Positions 19,808 through 29,192 of a DNA stretch of 64,000 nucleotides are shown one piece after another. Position numbers and translations under genes: made by a program. The stretch is from a virus: IMG/VR virus record IMGVR_UViG_3300050120_000169, positions 16,088 through 80,087 of that record; one strand, written 5' to 3'. The notes beneath the pieces were generated by a model. The model did no database searches. It was not told the origin of the DNA and was given only the letters and a program-made list of their open reading frames with translations. Each line of letters begins with the position of its first letter. The first letter of the stretch is position 1.

Positions 19808-20065
19808 ACAGGCATTAACTGAACCAGCAGTCACCTGGGACTGACCATGAATCATGGAAAATCATGGAAGGGTGTGTGGCCCGCTCTAAACCGCTAGGAA
19901 CGGAGGGCAAGAATGTTTGCGGGATTGATCCCCCGTTACGTACCGTGCAAGCCACGGATTGCAACATCGTTCGGTGCTAGTAGACGTACTAGCCGGATGG
20001 CTCACGAAACGGGCTATTGGTCACGGACGAGTGACGCCGGAAGGGAAAGTCATAACCGGTACGAT

Positions 20066-20493
20066 TCCGGGGAACCCGAGCACGGTCATGAATTTTGAGA
20101 AAACATGTAAGCGCCACGGTGTTACTAAACATCGGTATGTTAAGCGCAAAGGTTACGCTGATAGAGAGCAGTGCTGTAGGTGCAACACGGAAGCTGTGCT
20201 TAAACGAAGACGACGTATCAAAGATATGGCTATAGCCTATAAAGGCGGAAAATGCCAAAAATGCGGGTACGCAAAATGCAAAACTGCGTTAGAGTTTCAT
20301 CACCGTGATCGTGCAGCCAAAGAGTTCGCCATAGGCACTGATGGGGACACAAGAAGTTGGGAACGCGTGAAAAAAGAGTTAGATAAGTGTGATTTATTGT
20401 GCTCCAATTGCCACCGAGAAACGCACGAAGAACTAGATTTTGCGTGATTGTTAATCAATGGCTAGGTGGGTTCGATCCCCATACCCGGAGCCA
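20066..20493 (+). pseudogene. tRNA-Asn(GTT) interrupted by an HNH gene
   Basis: 5' part TCCGGGG... (20066-20090). 3' part: TGA-TT-GTT-AA-TCA anticodon arm, GTGGG-TTCGATC-CCCAT T arm, ACCCGGA-G-CCA. Confidence 0.65.
20088..20447 (+). mobile_element. HNH endonuclease
   Basis: CQKCG...LEFHH...CDLLCSNCHRETH. Confidence 0.85.
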
Positions 20494-20510
20494 GCCTCAA
20501 TGGAGTGAGA

Positions 20511-20735
20511 ATGCCAAAGTATCCTTTTTCAGGTGAAATCACGATACATCTATCAATCCTGGGCATGGAAGAATGCCAAGCAAAGATAGGGGCGTTTATT
20601 TCCGGCCAGCCCAACATGATGGAAATGACTCCGTTTAATATTGAGTGGCTACGCGACGTAGCTACCCAGATCGTAAAAGATACGCTTCGAGTTGAACTCG
20701 AATTACGCGATATGCACACCCAAGAAAAACTATGA
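20511..20735 (+). CDS. hypothetical protein
   Basis: GGAG RBS; coupled to the next gene. Confidence 0.55.
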   Translation: MPKYPFSGEITIHLSILGMEECQAKIGAFISGQPNMMEMTPFNIEWLRDVATQIVKDTLRVELELRDMHTQEKL

Positions 20736-21922
20736 CCATGCTTGAGCACGCGCTGAAGGCACGCATTCCTGTTATTGCCGCACAGACAGACGATTTGGTT
20801 CATGTTGGAGAAGTCCTTCAGGTTTGGGCACAAAAGCTTGCTGTAGATTGGTCTACCCTGAGCGATAAAGCGCCGCTGATGGCGAAGCACGTCTATTACA
20901 CGACCGACGAAAAGGCCGTTACCCTCATCAACTATCGCAGGCTTGAAGCGGCGGCGTGCAGTTTGGTGGTGCTAAACAGCACTAAGCCAAACTCCCTGGC
21001 CTTTGAAACCGGCCAAGTACCTGTCAGCAGGGAAATGATCGAGAAGGACATGGCAGGGTTTATTCAAGCTGCGCAGCAACCAGTTCTTAGCCGGATCATG
21101 AATGGCATGAGCCTTAAGGCCGCCCATGATTGTCTAGTACTCACCATCGCCCGTACAGGCGGCGCGGCACCGACTGAGGTACGTCGTACCCGGCTGATGC
21201 TGACCGGTGGCCTGCGCGGGTTGATTCCACTTGAAACTGAAGAAGAGGTGTTTTATGCGTGGCCGCCGAAATTGTTGGAATGGGTGGAAACGAACAGTAA
21301 ATTCTTTAGTTCTCCCCAGACCCCCCATAAGCTGGTTCCGAGAGGGTTGTTGCTCGCAGGCCCAGCAGGAACAGGGAAGACTATGGCGGCCCGCGAAATT
21401 GCGCACAGACTCAAAATTCCGCTTTACCGGCTCGACATTGCGCAAGCCCTCAACCGATATATTGGTGAGAGTGAGAACCAAGTCAGCCGTATCCTGGCTC
21501 TGGCCGAACAGGAAAGCCCGTGTGTCGTACTTCTTGATGAAGTAGAAAAGATTTTTCAGCACAGTGATGACGGCGGCACGGTGACGCGGATCCTTAGTCA
21601 GATCCTGTGGTGGCTTAGTGAGCATCGCAGCAGGGTGCTTACGATCATGACCACCAATGACATCAAGAAGATTCCGCCAGAACTGTATCGTCCTGGGCGG
21701 TTGGATCAGGTATTCTACCTACCCCGCTTGGCACTTAAGGACGCCGAGGATTTTGCGCTCGATGTGTTTAGAGACGTGCTTGATCCTGGTCTATTGACGG
21801 TTAAGGTAGTCCTTAAGCTACATGCGGCGCTTCACGCTATTGGGCGTACCGAACTATCGCACGCGGAAGTCAGCGAGACCGTGTACTCACAAATTAAACA
21901 ATCTAACTGGCTTACTTTATGA
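20732..21922 (+). CDS. AAA+ ATPase (Ycf46-like)
   Basis: Walker A GPAGTGKT, Walker B VVLLDEVEK, YIGESE pore loop, RPGRLD arginine finger. Confidence 0.85.
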   Translation: MTMLEHALKARIPVIAAQTDDLVHVGEVLQVWAQKLAVDWSTLSDKAPLMAKHVYYTTDEKAVTLINYRRLEAAACSLVVLNSTKPNSLAFETGQVPVSREMIEKDMAGFIQAAQQPVLSRIMNGMSLKAAHDCLVLTIARTGGAAPTEVRRTRLMLTGGLRGLIPLETEEEVFYAWPPKLLEWVETNSKFFSSPQTPHKLVPRGLLLAGPAGTGKTMAAREIAHRLKIPLYRLDIAQALNRYIGESENQVSRILALAEQESPCVVLLDEVEKIFQHSDDGGTVTRILSQILWWLSEHRSRVLTIMTTNDIKKIPPELYRPGRLDQVFYLPRLALKDAEDFALDVFRDVLDPGLLTVKVVLKLHAALHAIGRTELSHAEVSETVYSQIKQSNWLTL

Positions 21923-22116
21923 AAACTGTGTACGTGATTTTTTACGAAGGCCCCGAGTGGAATGACCCGATAGAGGGCTATGTATCTAACCACAGGGCTA
22001 AAACCCGGGCGGCAGAACTTAACAAGATGCGGAATATAACCGACAAATCAGCGTCGTTGGACGCCTTGAGCGAGTACGTGGTCAAATCGATAACCATCAT
22101 GGATATGCCGTCATGA
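21919..22116 (+). CDS. hypothetical protein
   Basis: ATGA-coupled ORF. Confidence 0.5.
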   Translation: MKTVYVIFYEGPEWNDPIEGYVSNHRAKTRAAELNKMRNITDKSASLDALSEYVVKSITIMDMPS

Positions 22117-22445
22117 GCAAAGCCAACCACGAAGACACCATTAACGACTTGCAGAAGGCGGTGAATGCTTTGGAAAAAGACGCCCTCCGTTGGACATTCT
22201 TCACCCATCTGCCCCGGTCATTGCAATTGGACATGATTGAAAGCTATAAAAACCCATTCGCACTTAACCGAGCACTGGCTGAGCTTATGGACCGGCCAGC
22301 AAACCCATATGAGTACCCGGGTAACGACGAACGGTTGTTCGAAGAAGCTGGAATCGAGGCTGACACCTATCGAGGCGGAGGCTGGTTTGCGCTGCGCACG
22401 ATGTTGATCAACTTTCACAAACGTTGTCAGGCTCTAAAAATTTGA
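22113..22445 (+). CDS. hypothetical protein
   Basis: ATGA-coupled ORF, 110 aa. Confidence 0.55.
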   Translation: MSKANHEDTINDLQKAVNALEKDALRWTFFTHLPRSLQLDMIESYKNPFALNRALAELMDRPANPYEYPGNDERLFEEAGIEADTYRGGGWFALRTMLINFHKRCQALKI

Positions 22446-22484
22446 TAGACCGCAATTAATTGCGGAGAACGCGTAAAAAACATT

Positions 22485-22512
22485 TTGACAAACTGCCGGG
22501 CTTACCTATACT
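22485..22512 (+). promoter_or_regulatory. sigma70-like promoter
   Basis: TTGACA-N16-TATACT. Confidence 0.75.
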
Positions 22513-23002
22513 ACGTTCATGACATAACGAATTAACGATTTCACACCGGCATGGAGGCCATCATGGAAGCTACTCTCACCGCACACGAAGCATTCCTACG
22601 CGAAGTGGCTGAATGGCGCGTCTACTATTTGGACCTCCTGCGTGACGGTATGGAAACCCTGGCACTTCGTCAAAAAACGCGTGAAGACATTTTTGCCAAA
22701 CGCGTCGCAGCCCTCGAAGCTTGCCGGATTTACTCAGCAGCTTACTAGGAGACATCATGGATAACTGCGGCCTTTGCATGAGTTTTTACTTCGACGCAAT
22801 CAACAATGTCGGGTACTTGCGTTTTACCCTCGAAGGGTACGAAGAATTTCTGTCCGACGAATATCTGTTGGAGCACGGGTTCATCTAAACCCGCCAGCAG
22901 CCTTTAACCCACTGGAGACTGTCATGAGCAAACTTATTACACTGGCGATCATCGGCACGGCTGTCGTGATGTCCTTTGCTGCCTGGGTCTAATCCAAAAC
23001 AT

Positions 23003-23030
23003 TTGACAAATCGGGCAGATGCCATATACT
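23003..23030 (+). promoter_or_regulatory. sigma70-like promoter
   Basis: TTGACA-N16-TATACT. Confidence 0.75.
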
Positions 23031-23059
23031 GCCCCCTATCCTAACCAATGGAGTGGACA

Positions 23060-23782
23060 ATGAGTAAAAAAGAGATTCCGGTTATTTTTCGAGGCGACCG
23101 GCGATTCTATCGCGTGATTGGGGTGCAAGACGATGTGTTTTACGGGTTGAATCTCGAAATCAGTCAGCACTCCCACGGGGTCATGAATCTGATCTTGGCG
23201 CTGGCCTGCATTGGCGACCCGCCCAAGACCACACCATTCAAGAAGCGCGCTCATGGTGCGTTCCTGATGGCTTACGAGGAAAACCCGGATCCCGACACCA
23301 AACCGGTCGTTGTGCAGGGGTGGCGTCTGGACAAGATCGAGCGCAAGCTGGGTAAGAACCTGTCGGCCTTCGAAGGGACTCAGCACATCATGGATCAAGT
23401 ACCTGCCATGAAGGCGTGGCTGGATGAGACCATGGAAAATGCTGGCATCGTACCGCTGTACAACGATGTGGGTGAGATTTTCCAGTATTTCTTCGGCAAA
23501 GACAACATGCCGGAGGCCGAGCGCTTCCCACTGGAATTGCCGGTTGTGGGTAAATCTGCGGATGGGGTCACTGATGTGGCCTTCACCATGGATTACAGCA
23601 AGTACAAGGGCGGTGCGATTGATCCGGCCAGTGGTGAAATTCTGCCCGAGGATCCGATGTTAGGCGATGTAGGCGACGCCAGCACCGATACCGGCCATAT
23701 GCCCCATGGATGGAAGGCACAGTCCGAGGGCGGCCCAATAGATGGCGCTGATGCTGACGCCCAAGACCCGGAGGACATGTAA
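23060..23782 (+). CDS. hypothetical protein with acidic C-terminal tail
   Basis: GGAG RBS; downstream of a promoter. Confidence 0.65.
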   Translation: MSKKEIPVIFRGDRRFYRVIGVQDDVFYGLNLEISQHSHGVMNLILALACIGDPPKTTPFKKRAHGAFLMAYEENPDPDTKPVVVQGWRLDKIERKLGKNLSAFEGTQHIMDQVPAMKAWLDETMENAGIVPLYNDVGEIFQYFFGKDNMPEAERFPLELPVVGKSADGVTDVAFTMDYSKYKGGAIDPASGEILPEDPMLGDVGDASTDTGHMPHGWKAQSEGGPIDGADADAQDPEDM

Positions 23783-24150
23783 CCATGAAGCTGCTATCGA
23801 CCAACCATAAAGTCGAGAAAGTCCGTTCGTTACGGCCTAGTGACTTAAACAACTGGGAACAGGGCTTTAGAGACACCATCGAGCGGTTGGCCTTGGCTAA
23901 CAAAATCGGTGACTTGACCGATAACCAGCTTGATGTACTTGACCGGTTGTACGAGAAACATTTTACCTAGGAGTCTATTATGATTTTCACCCCATATGAA
24001 ATGGGTTGGGCAATTTCAGTCGGTATCATTATTGGCTTTGCCTTACATGGCGTGTGTCGAATGATGCTTATTCGGAAATAAAGTCCAGCCCTAGGCCTCG
24101 CGTGCGGGGTCTATAGACGGATTTTCCCGTCGCTTACGGAGTTAGTCATA

Positions 24151-24657
24151 ATGGCAAATAAGAAACCCTTGTTTCAGAAGCAAGGTGCATGGGCGACTGG
24201 ACTGGCAACACGTCCGGTCTTTATCGATGGCCTTACGCACTCGTTGTTTTACCTGATCGTCGGCTGCAAAAACAGCGCAGACAGCTATCAAGCGGTCGTC
24301 GTTGGTCGGTTCGCACCTGACGTGTTCAAGATCAAGTTCTATGGCAAGTTCGAGGATTTCGGCTTCACCAAGAGCAGCATTTCCGACAAGTTCGGTGGCA
24401 GTAGCTTTCTGGATCGCAGCGACAAAGACGACGCGGGCTACCAGCGCTATTACACCAACCGTGACGGCTTGGCGAAGATCCTGAAGGCCTTGGGCGAAAC
24501 CCGTGGCGTGACTGTGGCACCGCTGGAGCAAGTGCTCGATGCCTATAACATGCCGCAACCCGAGCGCGCCAAGATCGCCAATCAGGTGCATCCTGCGCGT
24601 GGCGGCCACCGCCCGACCCTGCCGTTCAAACCGGTGCCGGTTTTGCAACACGCTTGA
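24151..24657 (+). CDS. hypothetical protein
   Basis: 168 aa; GGAG RBS; followed by a GC-rich hairpin. Confidence 0.65.
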   Translation: MANKKPLFQKQGAWATGLATRPVFIDGLTHSLFYLIVGCKNSADSYQAVVVGRFAPDVFKIKFYGKFEDFGFTKSSISDKFGGSSFLDRSDKDDAGYQRYYTNRDGLAKILKALGETRGVTVAPLEQVLDAYNMPQPERAKIANQVHPARGGHRPTLPFKPVPVLQHA

Positions 24658-24729
24658 CCCTCGCCAGGATCGGCCTGACCCCGCTTGAATCTAGGCGGGG
24701 TTTCTGCTATAGTAGTTACACATTCCAGT

Positions 24730-24838
24730 GCCGACACACTAGAAAAAGTACCAAGCTCAAGAGCCTTTGAGTGTGTGACTCTTTAATTCTTTCGGGAATC
24801 CCGGTGTCGGCTGGGGGGTCATGCACTTAAGGGCTTTT
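24730..24838 (+). promoter_or_regulatory. structured RNA leader (25-bp hairpin plus pseudoknot) of the replication initiator gene
   Basis: 24759-24783 pairs with 24814-24838 (many G-U pairs); loop GTGTCGGC 24804-24811 complements GCCGACAC 24730-24737. Confidence 0.6.
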
Positions 24839-24842
24839 TCTT

Positions 24843-25874
24843 ATGAGTCTCTGGACCGATCTATCAGCACGCGGGCGTAATCTGGTGTTACACGAACTGG
24901 AGCGCGTGTTCGATCCTAATACTGGGCGATTCTTGTCCCAGCTTCTTTACTGGTATTCCCCCGACTCCAAGCATGACACCCGAGCGACTGTCCAATACGA
25001 TGGGCGATCCTGGGTGGCGCGCACCAAAGAGCAGTGGATTATCGACACCAACATGTCAGAGTGGCGGATCCGGGTGGCTATGGAGCGCCTGCTTGAACTT
25101 GGTTTGATCGAGCGGCAAATACTTCCCTACCACAACCAGCAAGTCCGGCACCTGTGGCTAAATGTCCCGGCCCTGGTGGAGTTCATTGCACAAAACGATG
25201 CACGCGAAGAACTGTCTCAGGAGCAGGGGGAGTGTGAATTCCTCACGACCCCCGTGAGTGTTCCTCACGCCCTCTATAAATACAAAGAATTAGAAGAGAG
25301 CTTTACAGTCACAGCCCCTGGACAAGCCCCAGGGACTAACACCCATACCCTGGCTGACTTATCACAGGGACAGGAGAACACAACCATGAACATCAATGAC
25401 GTCCTGGCAAACAAAAAGATAGCTGCCCCCGTGGCGAATGTAACGCCCTCGGTACTGGCACTCTTTTGGAAGAAACGACAGGCCGAGTACATCGGGGGGT
25501 ATGTCAAGGATTTGACTGGCAAACAACTAGGTCAGCTTAAATTCTTACTGAAGGGTGTCGGCCCCGAGCGATCCCTCGCGGTGATTAATTTCGTGTTCGA
25601 GAACTGGGCGCGCTTTGCCCTGCAAGTAAAGTCTGACAAAGGATTGTTGACTGTTCCTGCGGCCCCGGACATTGGCTTTTTGACCGCTTATCACGACATC
25701 GCCGTGCAATTGATTGCGGAAAAACAGCCGACCTCGCCAGTGAGTGCAAAACCGGTTATCATACCGGTAACGCCAAAACTGGAGAAAAACCCGGAACCGG
25801 CTGAGGTTGAGAAGAAAATGAGTTACGAAGAAATGATGGGGTACGTGGCTTCGGTTAAGGCCGGTAAGGAGTAG
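24843..25874 (+). CDS. putative replication initiator (N-terminal winged HTH)
   Basis: W...SEWRIRVAMERLLELGLIE wHTH pattern; precedes loader-like and helicase genes. Confidence 0.6.
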   Translation: MSLWTDLSARGRNLVLHELERVFDPNTGRFLSQLLYWYSPDSKHDTRATVQYDGRSWVARTKEQWIIDTNMSEWRIRVAMERLLELGLIERQILPYHNQQVRHLWLNVPALVEFIAQNDAREELSQEQGECEFLTTPVSVPHALYKYKELEESFTVTAPGQAPGTNTHTLADLSQGQENTTMNINDVLANKKIAAPVANVTPSVLALFWKKRQAEYIGGYVKDLTGKQLGQLKFLLKGVGPERSLAVINFVFENWARFALQVKSDKGLLTVPAAPDIGFLTAYHDIAVQLIAEKQPTSPVSAKPVIIPVTPKLEKNPEPAEVEKKMSYEEMMGYVASVKAGKE

Positions 25875-25876
25875 TC

Positions 25877-26419
25877 GTGAGCGCTGTAGCGGAGCAGAAA
25901 CCAGTCGAAGTGATCGATAAGACCGTTCACTGGCAAATTCTGAAGGAAATGACGCGTGTTTGCGAAATTGCAAACGTGCCGCCTCAGTTCGTCCGTAATT
26001 CGATGAAAAGTTACTGTACCGACAGTGAGATAGAGTGGGTGCGGACGTTCAATGTCACGCGCAAGGATGGCCTGGGAGGTTTATGCCTGACCGGAGCGGA
26101 TTCTATTACGCGTTGCATGGCCGTTACCGGTACGCTGGTGCGGCATTTTGTTGATGCTCGACTGATGACGCTGAATAACGTGGTGGGTAGCCCCGAGGCC
26201 GCAGTATTGCCGACCGTACTGGTGATTCCGAATTTCTACGTCAAGAGCACGGCAGGTAAGCAGTTGACCGGCTGGCAGGTTCAAACGCTGTTCGATGTGA
26301 TGCTGGCGCGATTCAGTGCCAACAAACCGACCGTGGTTTATGTCGAGGACAAGAAGGCCCTCGCATTGGATTACGGCGCGCAGATGGCCGACCACATACA
26401 GCAATTCGCGCAAGCCTAA
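25877..26419 (+). CDS. DnaC-like helicase loader (degenerate Walker A)
   Basis: ANVPPQF, GLCLTG, VLVI, RFSANKPTVV; synteny. Confidence 0.5.
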   Translation: MSAVAEQKPVEVIDKTVHWQILKEMTRVCEIANVPPQFVRNSMKSYCTDSEIEWVRTFNVTRKDGLGGLCLTGADSITRCMAVTGTLVRHFVDARLMTLNNVVGSPEAAVLPTVLVIPNFYVKSTAGKQLTGWQVQTLFDVMLARFSANKPTVVYVEDKKALALDYGAQMADHIQQFAQA

Positions 26420-26437
26420 GATACGGAAGGATATAAA

Positions 26438-26884
26438 ATGGCGGTGAACCGTTACAGTCACCCTGTACACGGCATGAAGGGAACGCCGACTTATCAATCA
26501 TGGGAATCCATGAAGCGGCGTTGCAAAGACCCGAAGAAGAAATATGTTCAGCGCGGGATTAAAGTTTGCGAGCGCTGGGAAAGTTTTCTGAATTTTTTGG
26601 CAGATATGGGGATTAGGCCAGAAGGCACGACCTTAGAACGCCAAAATAATGATAAAGGTTATGCGCCTGGAAATTGTATATGGGCCACCATGAAAGAGCA
26701 GTCAAGAAACAAAACTTCAAATGTTTTCTTGACGTTTGACAATGAAACTCTATGTACAGCCGACTGGGCTAGAAAAACTGGTATCAGCCATAAGGTGATT
26801 CGGGAACGAGTCAACCGAGGCTGGTCCGTAGAAGATGCACTAACAATTAAGCCCGTAGTCGGAGCAAATAGTCATGGCTGTTAA
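26438..26884 (+). mobile_element. HNH homing endonuclease
   Basis: HGMKGTPTYQSWESMKRRC...RGIKVCERW...TLER.NNDKGYAPGNCIWAT. Confidence 0.85.
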
Positions 26885-28169
26885 TCTCGGTCTTCGGGCG
26901 ATTCGTCGCCTCTGCGAACAACAGGAAACATACGAGTGGTATAAGTCAAAACTGAGTCCGTTGTTGTTTAAACCGAACGAACAGCCAGTTTTTAAGTGGG
27001 TTGACGATTTCGTACGGACTCACCACGCACTACCTCAAATCGATACGTTGGTGAAATACTTCCCCGCCGTGGCTGATGTCCCGGCGACCGAAGTAGCTAG
27101 TTATTACGTGGACTTGCTGGAGAACGATTACTGCTTTTCGAAAATCGTGCAGTGTGGTCAGGATAGTGCCAACCTACTGAAAGAGAATAATGCGGCCTGG
27201 AAGCCAGCCGCCGAGATCCTGCGGCGAACGCTTAACGACATTTCCCGCCAGCAGTATCGGGAAAAGATTATGGATTTCGGAGCCGAGGCCAATAGTTTGT
27301 TGACCAAGACCTATTACGGCTTGGAGAAAGTGCCGAATATCAGCGGTTTTGGCTGGCCGTACATGGATGAAATGGGTGGGGCGATGCCCGGGGACGTGGT
27401 GAGCTTCATTGGACGCCCACAAATGGGTAAGTCTTGGCTCACGTTGTACACCGCGCTACATAACTGGCGAGTGCGCAAGCACAGTGTGTTGTTCGTCAGC
27501 ATGGAAATGAGTCACTTGCCAATCGCCCAACGTGCGGCGACGATGATTGCCCACACGAATTTGACGCAGTTAAAGCACGGGCACCATTCGGACAAGGGTT
27601 ATTCGACGCAGACCGAGAAGCTGTTTTTCTCCAGTATGGAGACGATCACCAGTCCAGTCGAAGACGGTGGCGCACGGTTGTACATTGTTGACGGTAACCT
27701 AGCAGCGGACATGGAGGACATCTTCTCCCTGGCTGATCAATTGGGATGTCAGACGGTGATTATTGACGGCGCTTATCTTTGCCGCCACAAAAACGGACGC
27801 CTGGACCGATTCACACGAGCGGCTGAAAACTGCGAAAGCATGAAGCGCTACAGCAATGACCTGATGCTCGCCAGCTTTGCTAGTTGGCAGTTCAACCGGC
27901 AGGCGGCGGATAAGCAGAAGAAAAAAGGCGGCACGGCTGAAATTGGGTTGGAAGACATCGGGTACTCGGATGCCATTCCCCAGATCAGTAGTATCGTGCT
28001 GGGGCTATTCCAAGAAGACGGGGTGGAGACTATGACCAAGAAAAACATCCGGGTCATGAAAGGCCGGGGTGGCGAGGTAGGTGAGTTCGACATTGGGTGG
28101 GATTTCAACACTATGAATTTTGATCAAATCGGGATTAAGACCGAGGATTTTCAAAATATTTATATTTGA
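26874..28169 (+). CDS. replicative DNA helicase (DnaB/SF4)
   Basis: GRPQMGKS, FVSMEM, IIDG, QFNR and KGRGG motifs. Confidence 0.85.
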   Translation: MAVNLGLRAIRRLCEQQETYEWYKSKLSPLLFKPNEQPVFKWVDDFVRTHHALPQIDTLVKYFPAVADVPATEVASYYVDLLENDYCFSKIVQCGQDSANLLKENNAAWKPAAEILRRTLNDISRQQYREKIMDFGAEANSLLTKTYYGLEKVPNISGFGWPYMDEMGGAMPGDVVSFIGRPQMGKSWLTLYTALHNWRVRKHSVLFVSMEMSHLPIAQRAATMIAHTNLTQLKHGHHSDKGYSTQTEKLFFSSMETITSPVEDGGARLYIVDGNLAADMEDIFSLADQLGCQTVIIDGAYLCRHKNGRLDRFTRAAENCESMKRYSNDLMLASFASWQFNRQAADKQKKKGGTAEIGLEDIGYSDAIPQISSIVLGLFQEDGVETMTKKNIRVMKGRGGEVGEFDIGWDFNTMNFDQIGIKTEDFQNIYI

Positions 28170-28193
28170 CAAATATCGAATTCGGCTTATAAT
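28166..28193 (+). promoter_or_regulatory. sigma70-like promoter
   Basis: Perfect TTGACA-N16-TATAAT. Confidence 0.8.
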
Positions 28194-28385
28194 GCAATCT
28201 GGTTGGGTGGCGGATTGCGCCGGAACCCCCAGGCGGCTGGGTGTCTCCCGTGCGATTTGCCGCTCGACCGCCTTAACAAGTGCGGTTAAGCGGATAGGTT
28301 GTTTGATCATGCCCACCTGGGGGATGCCCAGGGGTTGTATGGCTGGCAGGCTGTCTACTTAACCGCATTTCAACCTCAATGGAGT
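28194..28385 (+). promoter_or_regulatory. structured 5' leader with two mutually exclusive folds
   Basis: CCCCCAGG/CCTGGGGG pairing versus AAGTGCGGTTAAG/CTTAACCGCATTT pairing. Confidence 0.5.
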
Positions 28386-28389
28386 GACT

Positions 28390-29187
28390 ATGACCGTATT
28401 ACATGAATTACTTGCAGCAGAAAAGACGGTGACCAGTGCGCGTGACCGCCTCACCGAAGACACAGACAACAAGTTCGGCAAGCAGGAATCCTTCTTTACC
28501 GGGGGCACCAAAACCCTCGAAATGTTGGGTGACGATCAAGCCAATAAGTCCATCGAAGCCGCAGCGCGGGCCGACAAGGAACTGGCAACCACTGTGGTAG
28601 CGACACTTGACTACTACCTGACGTATTGGGCCAAGGCCGAGACGTTACTGGCGCAAAAGAACCTGACCAATACCCGGGCACTGGCTGACCTCGAATTTCG
28701 CGGCACCACGATTGCCAACGATGTACCGGTTGACGAACTGATGGGCCTGGAAGTGCGGCTGACGGATTTTCGTAAGCTGGCTTTGCGGATCCCCACGCTC
28801 GATGCCAGCCGGGAATGGCAGTACGATACGAGTGCCGAGCAACAGGGCACCTATCGGGCGGTCAAGCCTACTGTTACGACCAAAACCGAGAAGGTGGAAG
28901 TACCGGTTATTCTGGTGCAACCGACCAAGGAACACCCGGCACAGGTCAAGATCAGTAGCGCGGACAAGGTGGTGGGCACGTTCACGACCCAGCATACCAG
29001 CGGCGCTATTGCGGCGATTCAGAAGGCCAATTTGCTGGCGGTGATCGATGATCTGATCATTTCTGTCAAGGCCGCCCGGGTGCGTGCTAACTCGGTAGAA
29101 GTCAGCAAGGTCCCGGGTTTGGGCGAAACGATCAAAACACTGTTGATGGAGCCGTTGAAGGCGGCCCCGATCAACAATGCGGTATAA
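28390..29187 (+). CDS. unknown helical protein encoded directly upstream of the large structured RNA
   Basis: 265 aa; CAATGGAGTG RBS; own promoter; stop codon 5 nt before the RNA's closing helix. Confidence 0.8.
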   Translation: MTVLHELLAAEKTVTSARDRLTEDTDNKFGKQESFFTGGTKTLEMLGDDQANKSIEAAARADKELATTVVATLDYYLTYWAKAETLLAQKNLTNTRALADLEFRGTTIANDVPVDELMGLEVRLTDFRKLALRIPTLDASREWQYDTSAEQQGTYRAVKPTVTTKTEKVEVPVILVQPTKEHPAQVKISSADKVVGTFTTQHTSGAIAAIQKANLLAVIDDLIISVKAARVRANSVEVSKVPGLGETIKTLLMEPLKAAPINNAV

Positions 29188-29192
29188 ACAGT

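Noticed and set aside
19913-20460. Group I intron in tRNA-Asn
   Set aside because: The hairpin-rich segment lies upstream of the tRNA 5' end, not inside it. The insert is wholly ORF, with no recognisable P7/catalytic core.
25226-25272. Iteron origin inside the initiator gene (TTCCTCACG twice)
   Set aside because: Only two short copies are present; too weak to call an origin.
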